This document shows, one piece after another, positions 63,231 to 64,000 of a DNA stretch of 64,000 nt. This stretch comes from an uncultured Actinomycetes bacterium (GTDB lineage Bacteria > Actinomycetota > Thermoleophilia > UBA2241). Where the stretch lies: positions 512,001-576,000 of the forward strand of contig CAVPVX010000007.1 in NCBI GenBank assembly GCA_963709345.1, read 5' to 3'. Each line of letters begins with the position of its first letter. The stretch's first letter is position 1. The translations under genes were made by a program, and so were the position numbers. The notes below the pieces were generated by a model that ran no database searches, had not been told where the DNA came from, and was given only the letters and a program-made list of their open reading frames with translations.

Positions 63231-64000
63231 GTGAGCTTCGTCCACCTGCACACGCACACGAACTTCTCGTTCGGCGATGGCGCCTGTCGCATCCCCGAGC
63301 TGGTCGCGCGAGCAGCCGAGTTGGGTATGCCGGCCCTGGCGGTCACCGACCACGAGGGGCTGTACGGCGCCGTGCGGTTCTACCAGGCGTGCAAGGCGGC
63401 CGGCATCAAGCCCATCGTCGGAGTCGAGCTCACGGTCGAGCCGGCGGTCGGCCCCGGCGGTCGGGTCTGGGAGCCGGGGGCGGACGCCCCGCCGCCCGCG
63501 TCGGCTCCGGCCGATCCGGCCGCAGCGGCCGCGCTCGGCGAGCCGCGGGCAGGCGAGACCGGCGCCGCGCAGGCGAGTGGCGCCGCAGCGGCCGCGCTCG
63601 CCCCGGACGGCCGCATCGCCCACCTCAAGGCGGCGGCCACGGTGCCGCCCTCGGCCGCCCGCGCCTCCGGCGCCGGCGGGCACCACCTGGTGCTCCTCGC
63701 CAGGGACTACGCCGGCTGGAGCAACCTCTGCCGCATCATCAGCGCCGCCCACCTCGAGCACCCGGGCGAGCCTCCGCTGGCCCGGCTCGCCACGCTCGCC
63801 GAGCACGCCGGCCACCTCGTCGCGCTCAGCGGCTGCCGCCGCAGCGAGGTCTGGTCGCGGCTGCTCGCCGGCGACAAGGCCGGCGCCCGCGCCGCGGCCG
63901 CCGTCTTCCACCGCATCTTCGGCCGCGAGTTCTTCATCGAGCTGCAGCACGAATTGCTGCCCGACTCCAACGTCTCGCTGCGCGCCCTGGACCTCCTCGC
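63231..64000 (+). CDS. dnaE2: DNA polymerase III alpha subunit, error-prone type, 3'-partial (PHP domain)
   Basis: FVHLHTHTNFSFGDG, ALAVTDH..LYGAVRF, PIVGVEL, HLVLLA..GWSNLCRIIS, LSGC. Under an SOS box; missing from the ORF track because it has no stop in the window. Confidence 0.85.
   Translation, partial: MSFVHLHTHTNFSFGDGACRIPELVARAAELGMPALAVTDHEGLYGAVRFYQACKAAGIKPIVGVELTVEPAVGPGGRVWEPGADAPPPASAPADPAAAAALGEPRAGETGAAQASGAAAAALAPDGRIAHLKAAATVPPSAARASGAGGHHLVLLARDYAGWSNLCRIISAAHLEHPGEPPLARLATLAEHAGHLVALSGCRRSEVWSRLLAGDKAGARAAAAVFHRIFGREFFIELQHELLPDSNVSLRALDLL

Overview
High-GC, gene-dense bacterial chromosome segment. The gene content and style suggest an Actinomycetota genome, possibly an anaerobic Thermoleophilia-like lineage; this is inference only. 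No rRNA, tRNA or CRISPR array was seen. In order: a five-gene phosphorelay operon ending in an HD-GYP protein; a secreted Ig-like protein and DUF438/PAS proteins, several interrupted by amber codons or indels (possibly assembly errors); a serine-hydrolase homolog lacking catalytic motifs; GGDEF-ALDH-SDR genes; tandem methyltransferases; a candidate ~120-nt sRNA; an asp23 operon; nrdR-nrdJ with NrdR boxes; antiporters and a macro-domain gene; sdhCDAB; LytS/LytTR-USP-DUF485-actP; an IS110/IS1111 remnant that keeps its non-coding end; a sigma-less partner-switching module (RsbW, NMT1-type binding protein, Cache-SpoIIE, STAS) facing an RsbW-GNAT fusion; hsp20-lon; a DEDD/GIY-YIG nuclease; CDF, HAD and SBP5 genes; and a LexA-boxed DUF6504-dnaE2 cassette running off the end. 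Most notable: the partner-switch/GNAT module, an AT-rich recoded patch at the NrdJ active site (a known intein insertion site), the orphan sRNA, and the IS110 guide-RNA end. All family assignments come from reading motifs by eye, not from database searches.
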